A stretch of 56,189 bases of DNA, counting the filler, from Sphacelaria rigidula (lineage: Eukaryota): NCBI GenBank assembly GCA_964200075.2. It is 7 parts of 7 records of this genome, joined end to end, with 100 filler letters (N's around TTAATTAATTAA, not from the genome) between each part and the next. Parts side by side here need not be neighbours in the genome. Positions count along the whole stretch, not along the records: positions 24,126 to 32,066 come from CAXNAA020012901.1; positions 32,167 to 40,107 come from CAXNAA020012902.1; 5 more parts are not named here. One strand, written 5' to 3'. Under the pieces are notes generated by a model that was given only the letters and a program-made list of their open reading frames with translations, did no database searches and was not told the origin of the DNA. This document shows positions 24,615-37,842 of the stretch, in pieces (position 1 is the first letter of the stretch; every line of letters starts with the position of its first letter). The position numbers and the translations under genes were made by a program.

Positions 24615-24960
24615 TTTCGGAAAAACACGTCCCGAGATTTATTACTTCATGTTCCCGGAAATGGGGAGGTAGTATGAGGTCAGTGGGTCATACAATGTAG
24701 GAGGTGATTTTCCTCGATGATTTTGGTTCCACCCTTGCTGAGTCTTTCATGTGTCCCGGCATTTCCGTGGTGAGAAGAGTATGATTATCTTGGTAGTTTT
24801 TTTTCAAAACACATCCCGAGATGTGATACTTTATTCTCCCGAAAATGGTGATGTGTTATGGAGTCAGGGGGGCATATAATTCAGGGGATGATTTTCCTTC
24901 ATGATTTGGTATTTTTCTTGCTGAGTCTTCCGGGTGTCGCGGGATTTGTGATCCGAGGAT
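24615..24960 (+). repeat. Diverged tandem repeat 2 x ~180 bp
   Basis: AAAACAC.TCCCGAGAT...GATTTTCCT...CTTGCTGAGTCTT occurs twice. Confidence 0.7.
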
Positions 24961-25792
24961 TTGTGGGACCTAATGGGATGGAGTCAAGATTTTCTGGGTG
25001 ATATGACAAGGGTTAAGCCTCGACGAGGGGGGCTAATTGAATATTGCCGACCTAAACACTAGTGCATGTGTACATGGATTAATTCAGGTACCCGCGGGGC
25101 AGATTGATGATACATCATGGGTACCGGAAATCGTGTGCGGTATCGGATTGTCGGATTATGTTATAACTGAATATATGGCATGTAAGGGAACACACCGTGC
25201 CGTCATACCCTCCGAGTTTATTCTTGTTCAGTGTGTTTTTTCGGTACTGGGTGTCGGGGATAGAAGGCAGCTCTGGCGGAGCTTGCACGGTTGATGTTTG
25301 GTGAGTGAAGGGTATACGAGATGAGTTCAAGAAGAAGTTACTACATATTCCCCTGTCCAGAGCAAGTCCTCTGTGAGGCGCTCCCTTGCTTCATCATCTG
25401 CTCTGTGTCCTTTCTTCGGCATTCCATGATCTCACGTTCAGTTTCCCTTCGCTAGCGATTCCGTCGACATTGAGGTGGCTGGTGCGAGGATTTTTAATTT
25501 TTGTTTCATAATATTACGTTTGCTGATTACAACCATCGAAAAACAAAGTTCGGCAGACACAGAAAAAAGATACAAGCCAAAGTCGCAGACAGGAAAGAAG
25601 AAGGAAGCAGCGGGAACAACAACATCCAGCAGTAACAAAGAAACACACATAATTACAAACACGAACACAAACATAAATACAAACACGACGAGGTGATTGA
25701 CTCGCATTACCTCGCTAGTTGCAACAATCCAGCTCGTGATCAGAACAGAGAACAAATTGCAAAAAGATTAAATAAACGAAAAAAGGTAATGT

Positions 25793-26108
25793 TATTTCCA
25801 AGTCGCGACTTGGAAATAGTTATGTCCAACTCCAGCTGAGATTTGCCTACTTGGGCATAAGCTTTTACGCCCAAGACGCGAGTTGGACATAGCTTATGCC
25901 CACCTCTAGCGAGTGGAAAATCTGCCCGCGCTTGCCCCATGTGACTTGTATCGGGACTACAGCAGTTGCAATGCACTCACACAGTTCGTAGCCATCGTTC
26001 AAGCAATCGCACGGTGCAAACGGCGTCGTGGCGGACGAGAAACACGCCTGCTACACACAGTGTGAAGAAAATGGGTGATCCTATTTCCAAGTCGCGACTT
26101 GGAAGTAG
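25793..26108. repeat. Pair of 26-28-bp palindromes ~290 bp apart
   Basis: TATTTCCAAGTCGCGACTTGGAAATA (perfect, 25793-25818) and CTATTTCCAAGTCGCGACTTGGAAGTAG (26081-26108). Confidence 0.9.
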
Positions 26109-26199
26109 TCGTGTCCTACTATATAACCAATGCGAAGCAGCTTGACTTCCTCGATCTTACCGTGATTGTACTACGGTGAATAAGTTCAAGGTCCGAACT

Positions 26200-26700
26200 G
26201 GACTTGATTAAAATTTATATTGGGGCAGTATCAAACACCCGGCTTGTATCAAAAATAACTCTTCCTTGGCTTTGTCAGCGATGTCAATATACTCTGCCTC
26301 CGTGATATACAACACGCATTTCCGTACTCAGAAATATCGGAAGGAACAATCTCTTCACACAATATCGCTCCCCTGACGCTAACTCTACAGTAACTGCCTT
26401 GATCACTTACTCAGTGTGTTGGCAAATATCTCTCAACCCAATCCTCATAGACCATCTGCGGAAATTTCGCACCATGATTCACTCAATTTCTCAAAATAAT
26501 AAAACGATCCTGAAATTCTGCGTCCAACCTTACTATCTGTCCAGATCCATTATCGACGATACTCCGTCCACTTTTCCTATTTCACCGGAAAACAGTCTCA
26601 AAAATAAGCTTCCGACTTTATCATACCTGCGAACAAACATCAACTTCATCGTCGTACCTTAAACAGCAACGGCAATCTTGTCTCCAACTTCACTATCACA
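26200..26700 (-). mobile_element. Highly decayed Ty1/copia RT-RNase H remnant
   Basis: Minus strand reads RKCVLYITEAEYIDIADKAKEELFL (copia RNase H TEAEY motif), preceded by RVSVRGAILC (RSVSGG-like). Confidence 0.75.
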
Positions 26701-28599
26701 TCAAACAAAATACCATACCAGCGCGGTAGTCGACGAATCTCTTGAGGAGTAGTCCCTTGAATCACCCTACACATTGCAAAACTCCATTCCATGTTCAGAG
26801 CCGATAACAAACACATACTCAAAACAATCGAAGCATACGCCTACTACTGTTTTCAATCCATTATTGTACGGTGGACGACTCCCCCGCGCCCCCCAGCTCC
26901 GATGATGACTACAGTGGTGTCAATGGTGTCGGTTGGAAAGGCTTCGAATTTGGCGTTCAGTTGTGGAGGGAATAACGGGGAAAGGTGCAGTCACTGGAAG
27001 ACGGCGGCGCTGTGGAAAATTGTGGAAGGTGACGGCGATGGGGTGTCAACGGTGGACGGCAGCAGCCGTGCTGTGGTGAAGATCTTGGAATGCGGTGTGG
27101 TTCTCTAGACAGCATCATTGTCCGCGTAGCGGGTAGAGGTGATGTTTGTCGCTAGGTAATGAATGATGGCGGCGAACGGCGGTAGCTATCGCACGGTGGG
27201 AATTGTAGAATATAGTAAGCGAAATTGTATTGGTACGGACGGCGGAATGGTTTTGGGGCGGATAGCGTGGTATGGATCGCACACGCCGTCGTAAACGGGA
27301 GCGTCGGCGTGAGGGTGATGGATCCTTGGAAACGGTGGCTATGAGGGGTGACGGTCGGTTTGATCGGCCTCGGTGGATCGTCAGGAGCTGGCGGAGGAGG
27401 GAGTGCTGATTTATTTCAGACATTGTCGGCGTCGTCGGCGGCGGAGTTGATACCTCCCCCCCCCCACCGACAAGCGATATCGACGTCATCACTGGGGCGC
27501 ATCAAAGAGTTGGGGGCATACGGATGTACCTTGCCCATCCTACCCGTAGGGAATGTAGAATACAACAAAACTCTGTACGCACTCAGAATGTAACACTGAA
27601 AGCAGAAATTACTTCGAAAGAACGACCCGCAAAAAAACGATCTACCTGAAAAATCAATTTCACTCACACCCCAAAATCAAAATTCCAACATCAAAGAATC
27701 GAATCCAAAGAATCAAAGATAAAAAAACTCAAGTCCAAAGGCACATCCCAAGTTCAACTCGGGATCCTGAAATCCAATAAAATAAAATACAAAATAAAAA
27801 TCGAAAATGCCCCATGTCACAAAACCAGCAACATGATTTGCCCCAGCGTTTTTGACCGCTGCCCCGGGCACTGCTTTTCCATCCAGTCGTATGTGCTATA
27901 ATAATTGTTTTGGCCCCCATCGCGCAGTCTCGCTCGTCACTTCTTGCGTCGTCGCGGGGTTGGCCTTCGTCATACGTGTATCCGCCTGGGTGGAGAAGGA
28001 GTCACTCGTCTCTCCCGTGAGGGGTTGATTCGTCAGCAACGCAGGGCAGGTCACGCGTTCGAGGAGAAATCAGCAAAAATGAGTAGTCACATCGATCCAC
28101 GAACGTCCAAACAATATCGTACTGTGCTGCGGTATCTCATTCAACAGCGCCTGACAATGATCAATAATTTCTCCTGCATTTGTCCTCGAAATTACATGCG
28201 AGGAAGCCTATTTCTGTGAGATGAAATTTCTGTGTAGCATATATATATATATATATATATGTTGAAGAGTACAGCACGAAAACATTGCGGGGCAATTTGC
28301 TTCAAAGCCAATCAGTCCGTGAAATTAAAATATTGTCGACAGTGATACATTATATACAGCTCTCTGCATTAGGTTGTACACAGAAAATCAACATGCTGCA
28401 TAGTTTGGGCGTCGTTTTCAACATGCACAACACCCTTACATGAGTACACGGCCGTAGAAGATGTACAACTGTACTGTCATATGTGGAAATATGTAAAGTG
28501 CTATATCTCATGAACATGTGTCACCCGGGATGGTGCGGACATATCACCTTCTCAAGTCATCAAACACGCAGGGGAATAATCTACGGGGGCTCTACAGTA

Positions 28600-29860
28600 G
28601 TAACATGCATAATAATAGTCGTATGTACCATCACCCCCCAGACCTCCGTAGGTGTGGTCAACCATACACTCAAACTTCCAACTGCATGTATGTGAACTAG
28701 TGTCCAAAACAAACAGAACGCTTCTCAGTGCCCAATCCTACATGATAAGACGTATGGGGGATTTTCTACTTCAGGTTGGAGGTTTCTGTTGTAAAACAAG
28801 ACGACGCCTTTCTCCTTCAGACGAAACAGTCTGCGCGAAGATGTAGTGGGATAGCAATATCTCGACAAAAAAGTGATCATCTCGACAAGATGGGACGAAA
28901 CCAGCACATCAGCCTTGCTTAATGTGCCGGCCGATCAACATGCAGTATCGATAGCACCGTCGTTACAAAGCATTACAGTGCCGAATGCACCATGCTGTGC
29001 CGGCATTAATTGTGTTATCACTTCATCACTTCGTTCACAAACGGTCAGTAAACAGATCGTTTCAGTACATTGCTGGGAAGCATGTCACGCGCAAAATCAA
29101 AATTCAAGCGCACATCACGGTGTTTGACACCCTCTATTACTTGCTACACTCTGGTAGTTTGCGATATATCCAAAATTACTTGTACAGGGCAGGCACATAT
29201 TACTCTGAAGGTCTAGGCATACAGTATAGTACTGTAGTGATGTATCAATATTATTCGCGAAGAAATGTAGTACAGCAGTACCACGCCAACACTCACAAAG
29301 AAGTAACACATAGTGGAACGAGTTTGCATTATACATCATGAAACAAACCCGACACTCGAACCAAGCAAATCACCCTGTAAGCAACGTCAATCAAAAACTA
29401 TACAAAACCAAATACGTGCCTAGTGCGGCATAACACTGCTGTGCTGTACCGTGGGATTGATTTCGCTCCGAACGAAAATGTCTCCATCCATCCCCCGCGG
29501 AAGCCTCCGTCAGCTTCCCCCGATCGAAGGGGCAGTCTTCCCCGATTTCCGTGGGCTTGGGCCCGCTCTGGTCGGACCATTCCCTCAATCAAAAGGGAAT
29601 GAGAGCATTCCATAGGATATCGCCGAGTCGTTGTTGAGGAAGTCCTCATCGCTGGTGCTCTTCGTGCTTTCGCTGCTGCCGGTGCTGCTGATGTTATCGT
29701 AGCTGCTGGTGCTGCTGCTGTTGTTGTTGTTGCTGCTGATGATGATGATGATAATGATGCTGATGCCGCCGCTCTCACAACCCACTCTTGGATTCTCAAT
29801 TTCTCGCATCCTGGGCAGTAACAGCCTTCTACCGCCCATGTTATTTTCTCCTCTCTCCAG
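28600..29860 (-). pseudogene. Decayed PIF/Harbinger-type (HARBI1-like) transposase
   Basis: In order on the minus strand: Ser/Asp-rich N-terminus (trinucleotide tract 29700-29770), FDRGKL...WRHFR, MITFLSRYCYPT (L.RL.YP-like), then VWG/frameshift/DGT at 28632-28624 (first catalytic Asp motif). Confidence 0.55.
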
Positions 29861-30694
29861 TAACTGTACCTTCTTAACCAACACATGGCTCACCTCATGC
29901 ACGAGACTCGGACCAGTCCACTCTCGCCAGCGTGTGAAATTGCTCGTTGCATCGGTGGCGTTTAGACCTTTTCTCTCGATATCTCTCCATTACTCTTCAC
30001 CATACCACCTCATACCGTACCCCATGTAGACCCACATGAAACCAATATCAAACATGAACTCACATGAACTGAATTCGGGCGGGTGGCATATGCGTGCCAC
30101 AGTACATTCCGGTTATTCCGTCCACATAATATTTCTATCCTAATCACCTAACGCAACATGCACGCAGCATCCTACATGCCATCCTTATCCTCACGACTGA
30201 GTGTAAGCATATTCGATCATAGTACACTACCCACGGATGTACGAAGCACGTTCGTGCCACGGCGCGGCATGCGATGAGCTCCAACATAACAAAAACAGAA
30301 AGGGGGCAAGTTGGGTAGTGGTGAAGAAATAGAGGGGCAGGAATGGCCAAGAGCGAGAGAGATGCGGACGGCTGGAAAGGAGACTCAAGAGGGACTGAAG
30401 ACAAAATGAACAACTTCCCGTGAAGTCCGGAGAGAGAAAACGGAAGCGAAACCTGTAGTGACCACAGAGGACGTAAGAGAGTGAAATACTGCGATCTGGT
30501 GCGTCGCGGTGCGAGGAAGTGCCGAGCTGTTGTGTGTCACACAATGACACCTGTGTGCAAGCAAACCGTTCAAAAATATCATGCTGAGTACTTGAATTTC
30601 AAGGTTTGTGGCGGTTCGCGCCACCGCGCGAGTCGAGCGATTTCAAGACAAAGGATAATGTAGAGCGTCAGGCGCTGAAGATAACAGTTCACGG

Positions 30695-32066
30695 TTAGGA
30701 CAAATCAACTCGTGAGTTAACTCAGAGACGAATAGATCATACGGTTCGCACATAATTTGTAATTCACGCAGCCAACCCTTCTTCATGAATCAAGGCGTGA
30801 TTGGCTTGTACATGTACGTCATGTGTGACAAGTTCGACGTGAGCGCCCGTACATGTTTCTCACCTTCGGATTAATGCGGGACCTACATAAGTCAAGGGCT
30901 CTGAACCACACACACTTTTCTCCAACCTGTGATGCGCGCAAGATGTCTTCACTGCACAATATGTTATATGTTATCCACCTTCGGGTGAATGTGGGACCAA
31001 CACTCGGAAAAAAGATGAATTCTGCCCTTTAATATTCATAGGGCCTGTATCACGCGTATTTTTCTCCCATGGGTAATGCTCTGCATATGTGTTGTCCACC
31101 CTCGACTCAGCGGGGCAATGGTTTATACAGCATGACTGCTGGCGCATCATGACGAGTCAATATAAGACCACACTCGGCAGGTACAAGGGAGGCGCGGCAG
31201 TTCGCCGCGGCTGTTAAGTACCGTGCACGAGCGGTACCTCTGCGTAATGGTCGGAAGATGCGTTCTTCCAATCAAGAACAATCGACGGCGTGGTCGTATG
31301 TTGTTGTGTTGGGACCTCACAGGAAGGAAACACGCAATAATGTACTGAAAGCACCTGTACAGCGGATTGCTCCGTCGTGCTGGGAGTACAACACGGAGCA
31401 CTTTTCACTTTTCTGTGCTTCAAACTAACCGACAGCGAAGGGGATGTGGCCGGTACCATAGTATAGGAAAGAAACGTCGAGGATATTGTAGATTGCACAT
31501 CGTGAACAAGGTTGCGCAGTGGTGTACGGTGGTTCACCGCGGTTGGCAATTGCTGTGTAAAAATAGACCTCGACGGAACCCACTCGGGGTTTCCTTGTCC
31601 GGACCCAACAACACAATTAGGACGGGAAAATAAAATCGATTCAACTCAGAGTCATCATTCGACGAATAGATCATACTATTCGCACATCATTTGTAATTCA
31701 TACAGCTTCTTAGCTTGTGCGTGGTGCAATATAACCCGAAGATACCCGCTTCATGCCTTTCATGAATACGGAGGTAAATGATGGGCACATAGTCAACCCT
31801 GCACTGCAAATTTGGATGCATCGATTGTACATGTCACGCACTTCTGATTATCATGAGTCAGGAACGTCATGTACAACTTGCTTGACCAACTTGTTGGAGG
31901 TAAGCGCCCGTACATGTTTCCCCCTTTCGGGCTACGGCGGGAGCAACAAGTTGTACAGGTTGAATGTTCACTTCCGATGGGCCCTGAACCACGCGTAATT
32001 TTTTCACAGCTGTAATGCGCGCAAGATGACTGCGCTGCATATGTGCTATCCACCCTCGACTCAGCT
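30695..32066 (+). repeat. Two diverged direct copies of a ~420-450-bp repeat (30695-31110, 31615-32066)
   Basis: Shared blocks GACGAATAGATCATAC, TTTGTAATTCA, AGCGCCCGTACATGTTTC, ATGCGCGCAAGATG and TCCACCCTCGACTCAGC in the same order. Confidence 0.8.
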
Positions 32067-33421
32067 NNNNNNNNNNNNNNNNNNNNNNNNNNNNNNNNNN
32101 NNNNNNNNNNTTAATTAATTAANNNNNNNNNNNNNNNNNNNNNNNNNNNNNNNNNNNNNNNNNNNNACCCGAACATCAGGCGTTGTGTGGCCCTTTTTTT
32201 CGTGACACTTTTAGCTGGCGTTGGGGGGGGGGCTATTGTAGAAAGCGGCACGAGTTAGAATAAAAACCTTGTCGAGCACGAGGCCAGTGCTACTGGAGGA
32301 GTCCCTCGTGGACAGTCCTCTTATCCAGATCGTCTGGCAGAGGCTACAGGTCGGTCAATATATGTTGGATATTCATAAGTATGGTGTACGCTTTGAGAAA
32401 GGTCCAGACGCGATGGATGCCGGAGCCCGTGCAGACTAGGAAAGGTTTCAAAGAACACCGCAGAAGTTCGCGTGCATTGTTAAGGAGAGTTGCAATGTGT
32501 ACACTCTCCCCACGACGGAAGCCGGTACGATCAACCACGACTGGCGGAGCGTGAACAAACTACTCCGCCCATAGTGACCCACCGAGTCCCAGCGGCTCCG
32601 TAACAGGCGATCGTCGAACGGTTCCTCGACTGGCACAGTCAGCCACAAAGCCAGAACCACCGAGCTTCTTCCGTAGTCGTAACTATTCATGGAATAAAGA
32701 GTTGAAAAAGCGACGACAGCCGCCACGAACTACGAAGGAATGGTAATTCAGGAGCGATAGACCGTGCCCAACAAAATGCAAAAAAAATCGTGAAGTTTGC
32801 TGTCTATAGGTTCTTTGCTTTACTCTCCCGAAGTATTCGTTGTTGCTTTCATACCGGGGTAAACGTTCTGCAGCACGCCAAGCACAACAGGCCCAAACAT
32901 GGAGAAGCACAGTAACAAGCGCAGAAATCAGAGATATGAGCACGCACAAAACTCAGACATGAACACGCCGCATTCGCAAATAAGCGATGAGCACAACACA
33001 GGTAAGACGGAGGGCGGCACGGGCGAGGTGATCACGTGGCTTGGACGAAAATCAACTAACTAGGTTCTACTATGTTCGGCCAGCGAGACTTCGACATCTT
33101 TTTCATTATCTGAGCATACCGTATTTTTGCGCTTGACAATCCTAGGGAACATTGTTATGCATCGCCGGGCGCGCGCCGAAGTCGTACCTCGCAGCGTTCA
33201 TACCGCTAGCCGCGACGGTCGGGAGACCAAGACCCGGCAGCGTGGAGTCTCCGCAGTGCAGAAGACCCTTGAGCGGTGTTACGCAGCCGGGGAATTCGGC
33301 CTCTCCAGCCCTTCACCCGGATCCGTACGATCCTGGATGGCATATCGTCAGTGATTGTTTACAGCTTTCGCTATGGAGGCAGTCGGATAGTACATCAGAG
33401 TTTTTCGGATAGATGAGTTGC

Positions 33422-36400
33422 ATGCTATAATCTGGAGAGTCATTCGTAACTCAGCTCATCAAAAGTATCGACAAGTTCGACGGTACGAAGTTCGTCGAGT
33501 GGACGCGCTCTACGCGCGCGATTATACATTTAACTCATGTGGGGGTTTCTGATATCTTTAACGGGGTTGAACGCCCCACGGAAAGTTACGATGGAGCTTT
33601 TCCTGAGGTAGACCACCCACAACCAGCTGCTAGATCGACATCAAGAACAGGCCCCATTGCGACCCGTTCCAGAAGACATCAGTAGCCGCCCGCTCGTTCG
33701 CCTTCACCATCGGTGGGGGCAACCGCGAGGAGCGAGGCGACATCAACGGCGGTTGATACAGACACTGCTATGATGTTCACGCCCAACCTCCTGTTCGAGA
33801 ACTGTTTAATCATCTTAGCGTGTCGTCACATGTGAGGCAAATCTTGAACGCGCGTGACGTAGAAAACTGGGACTGGCATAACGAACAGTTGTTCAACGAC
33901 TTGTATTTGTCGACTACTGGTTCAGCGGCAAGTTACCTCCTGCGTTTTCAGCCGAAGGGTTCTGAGAAACCAAACGGCGAATGTGCGTGGGAAGGTCTGG
34001 TAGCAAAATATCAGAATTCATCTAAGTAGAGACGCCGCTTACTCAAGAGACAACTGGACGACACCACCTTGTCTCCAGGGCAATATCCGGATGTCTTCCT
34101 CGCGAAACTATTTCAGGTTCGAGACGAGCTCGTTCACATTGGCAAGCCCATCTCCAATGAAATGTTGACTGATACAGTAATCGAGGGTCTAACCAGCGAC
34201 TACGATCAGATAAAGTACAACGCCGAACGCGACCTGGGCTTCAGCGTTGGAGAGATCGAAAGTACTATGCGCAACATGTATGCAAATAGAATGGCGCGCA
34301 AAGTAACAGCGAGCAGATCCAATGGCCGTCATTCATCCATGCGGGCAACATCGATGTCGAACTCTTTGAATAATTCCGCGAAATTTCGTAGAAAATGCTA
34401 CTCCTGTGGGAAACCACGTTATCGTATGCGCGACAGTCACTCCAGACGACAGTCCAGTAATGGAAACAGGCCTGTAGAATGGTGCAGTTTTCACCAGATA
34501 GACAAACACGACGACCCTGAGTGAAGAAACCAACTCAACAACAGGAACGGGAGCACCAACACCGGCAACAACAATAATCAGCACCGTCACAGCAACCCCC
34601 GTCGTCGCAACATCAACCACAACAACAACAATAATAACAACTGCAACGACAACAACAACATCAGCATCAACAACTTCGATGGACATCAACGCCAAGCTAG
34701 CACTGCCATCGCCGATCCAGCTTCCACGACAGTACCATCGAATGATCAAGTTCAGCATATTTCGACACCCTCGGCTGAAACAGTGATCGATAGATGTCGA
34801 CCACCAAACGGCATGGGAGTTTCCTTTCTTTTATGTCCACGTGTCACTGACAACCACTGTACAGCAGATCAAATCCCCTTCAAGATGGCAGTTGACAGTG
34901 GCTCCGGCAGGACCTTTTTGGATGATCAGGTGTTGCCAAATATCGAACGTGAAGTGGTCGACTACGTGAAGCGTGATCGATCCATGACTATCCTTACTAC
35001 TGGGCGTGATCTACTACATATATGGTACAGGAAGAGGCGTTATCACCACCATATTCACTGATTCTGGAGGGATCGAGCGTACTGTTCGGCTCCCTGCCGT
35101 GTTTGTTCCAGGTCTCGGGAAACATTTGTTCTCGCCTATAGAAGCACTGACGAAGGTTGCTTTGACTATTGTTTCCAGGAACTCTCACGTCGACCTTGGA
35201 ACCTTCAAAGTACCTATAAACAGTGACTTCAGCGAAACACTTCCGTACATCCACTTGAAGATTTCTCAGAGACCAGGGATCACCAGCTTTAGCTGAGCAC
35301 TGACGGCGACAACTATATCAGGGGAATCGGCACTGTTCATGTAACAGAAACAGTTCGAGATATGGCCGACGATTTAACAGCCTTATCTACCACGGTGGGA
35401 GCAGACGTATGGCACAAGCGACTGGGACATCCTACGGAACAGGTCATGCGACGTCTTCAGAGTATCCCCCAATCAGGTGTGAGGTTTGAGGGTCGCTACC
35501 GCCTTGTGAAACCTGCAAAATAAATAGGAGCGTACAGCAGGATCACCCCAAAACTGACTCCACCAATATTTCGGAGCGATTGCACTGGTCAGTGCCGAAC
35601 TGTCAGGACCTTTTTCACCTGCCGCAATGGGATGCTATCGTTGCATGGCGAAACGTACGGGTTACTACACACGGTTCAAGGTGGTTTACTTTATGAAGAC
35701 AAAGGGCCGAACCCTCACCACGCTCTGCCGGTTCATCCAAGATCTGGTTATCCCTTTCACTAATGCCGAGATAGCCCCCCCACAAAATGTGCACGGGAGA
35801 CCGTACGACAAACCGGCTGCGATCCCACTATTGGGCTCGTTTACAGCGATTCCGCCCACATGACCGGGTTGTAGCAGCCCGAAATCAGCTATAGTGCCCA
35901 AATGAGTCGCGTCGTGAAGCACGAAACCAGCTCGAACGGCATTTACGATCATCGCTTCCGTGCACTTTTTTGGCCGGTTCGGGGGGGGGCTATCTCGGCA
36001 GCAGTCCTTCAGGGCTCCGCACACAACGCCTACGGTCAGACCGTGGGGGTGCAAACATTGCGGACTACTTTGGAAGATACTGCAAAACAACGGGTGTTCT
36101 TCGAAAATTTACAGCCCCGTACACACCCCAACAAAATGTCATTTTCGAGCGAGACGGAAGAACTATCCTTAATATTACGCGCTGCCTCCTGAATGAAGCA
36201 AATTTGCAGAAGATCCTTTGGGGGGAAATTGCGGGAACTGCTGGATTTTTTATCAACCGCTCGCCGCACACAAGCATCGGAGGAGACACCCCATACCGTC
36301 GGATGTTTCTCGAGGAACCAAGCTGTCGTTTTTGAGAGCCATCGGTTCGAGGGCGTTCGTGCGCAATGAGCGCCATCAGATAAAATTAGAAGAAAAAGCT

Positions 36401-37842
36401 CAGGAAGCAGTATTATTAGTAGAATATGACTCTGATAGTCCATCTTACCGTTTCTATGACCGCTATTCCGGGAGGATATCGAATTCCCGCAACGTCACCT
36501 TCATCGAGCAAGGGGTTGGGGCTCTTCACAGTAAAGAAGATTATTCTGCACCGGACACACGAGGGACAGACAACTCCGAAGATGACTATCTACAGCACGA
36601 CGATACCAACAACTTCAACCTCAACATCCACGACGGAATCTTACAGCTGGAAGATAACATCATCAACGATACTTCATCATACGAAGGTCCGCTAAGCACC
36701 CCAATGAAGGATTGTTTACCCGGCGGTGTCAAATACCCCACATTTGCACCGATCAACTAATGTCAAAACAAAGAATTGCGGCCACTAGCTCTTACATCTA
36801 CAGAGCATTTGCGTACTACTACGACTCTGGAAACGGTATGCCAGTACATCGGAACTGTAGCCATCGAACAAATTGTGCCACCTGCGTCCATTTCGGTTCC
36901 TGTTATTTATCGCCAAGCATCTTGTTCGCCTTATGCAAAGAAGTGGAGAGCAGCTATGCTGGACGAACTCCAAAGCATAAAAAAAAAACACCAGGGGGCA
37001 GACATCATCCCGGCTAGTTTTGTACCTCCTAACAACAACATCATCGACACGAGATGGGTCTTCAAGGTCAAAGCTGATAGACGAGTCAAAGCTCGGTTGG
37101 TAGTTCAAGGATGGGCTCAGAGGCATGGGCTCGACTACGGAAGTACGTTCGCCCCTTTTTGCCGGCTAGAAAGTCAGCGATTGCTACTGGCAATTGCCAC
37201 TGCTAAAATTTGGCGCGTCTTAGCCCTCGACGTCCAAACAGCATTTTTCAACGGGAAGCTTCAAGAAACGGTGTTTTGCAAACAAGCGCCTGGCTTCGCA
37301 ACTCTAGGTCCCACTACAGGAAACCTGCACGTGCTTCAGCGTAGGAGAGTGCCCTCTGCGCTTCGACAAGCACCGAACGTGTGGAACGCTGCGATCGACA
37401 AAGGGTAAAACAAAATAGTTTTTTCTGCCGCTCAAGCGATCCATGTGTCTTCACGAAAGTGCCCCATGGTGGATATATCATGTTGACACTGTTCGTAGAT
37501 GACGTACTGATGACAGGTCCATCCATCAATCTGCTGCATCAAGTACAAGACTCGCTGTAGACAGAACTCTCTATATCCGAGCTAGGACCGGTATCCCTAA
37601 TCCTTAGAATGGAGGTAATTGGAGATGAAGCACGACGGACTCTGAAGCTATCGCAGCACAATTACGTATAATCTCTACTTGAAACATTTGGGATGGATTC
37701 ATCTAACCCGGTTCACACACCCGGGACCCCAGACCGACTGGTCGAAGACGCACCTGAAGACATCTTCCTGGAGCCGTCAGAGAAAATCAAGTATCAAGCT
37801 GTGGTCGGGAACCTCATCTTCCTGGCGCAGAGCACAACATTC
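33422..37842 (+). mobile_element. Decayed Ty1/copia retrotransposon A (gag-PR-IN-RT), many stops and frameshifts
   Basis: KFDGTKFVEW gag start; CYSCGK knuckle remnant; AVDSG protease (34894); WHKRLGHP pre-integrase (35410); LRSDRGG...PYTPQQN...ERDGRT integrase; RWVFKVK...KARLVVQG, DVQTAF and FVDD (37492) in RT. IN precedes RT (copia order). Confidence 0.95.
35758..36006. mobile_element. CACTA-like MITE inserted in the copia A integrase
   Basis: TIR core TGCCGAGATAGCCCCCCC (35764 and 36000). Left terminus CACTA; approximate CTT TSD. Excision restores DLVIPSGLRTQRLRSDRGG. Confidence 0.85.

Noticed and set aside
33000-33160. PBS and 5' LTR end of copia A
   Set aside because: Candidates near 33061 and 33150 are too degenerate to call, and no partner LTR is available.
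34333-34758. Hydrophobic Val-rich minus-strand ORF resembling a membrane protein
   Set aside because: Antisense of the (AAC)n Asn-rich linker in copia A.
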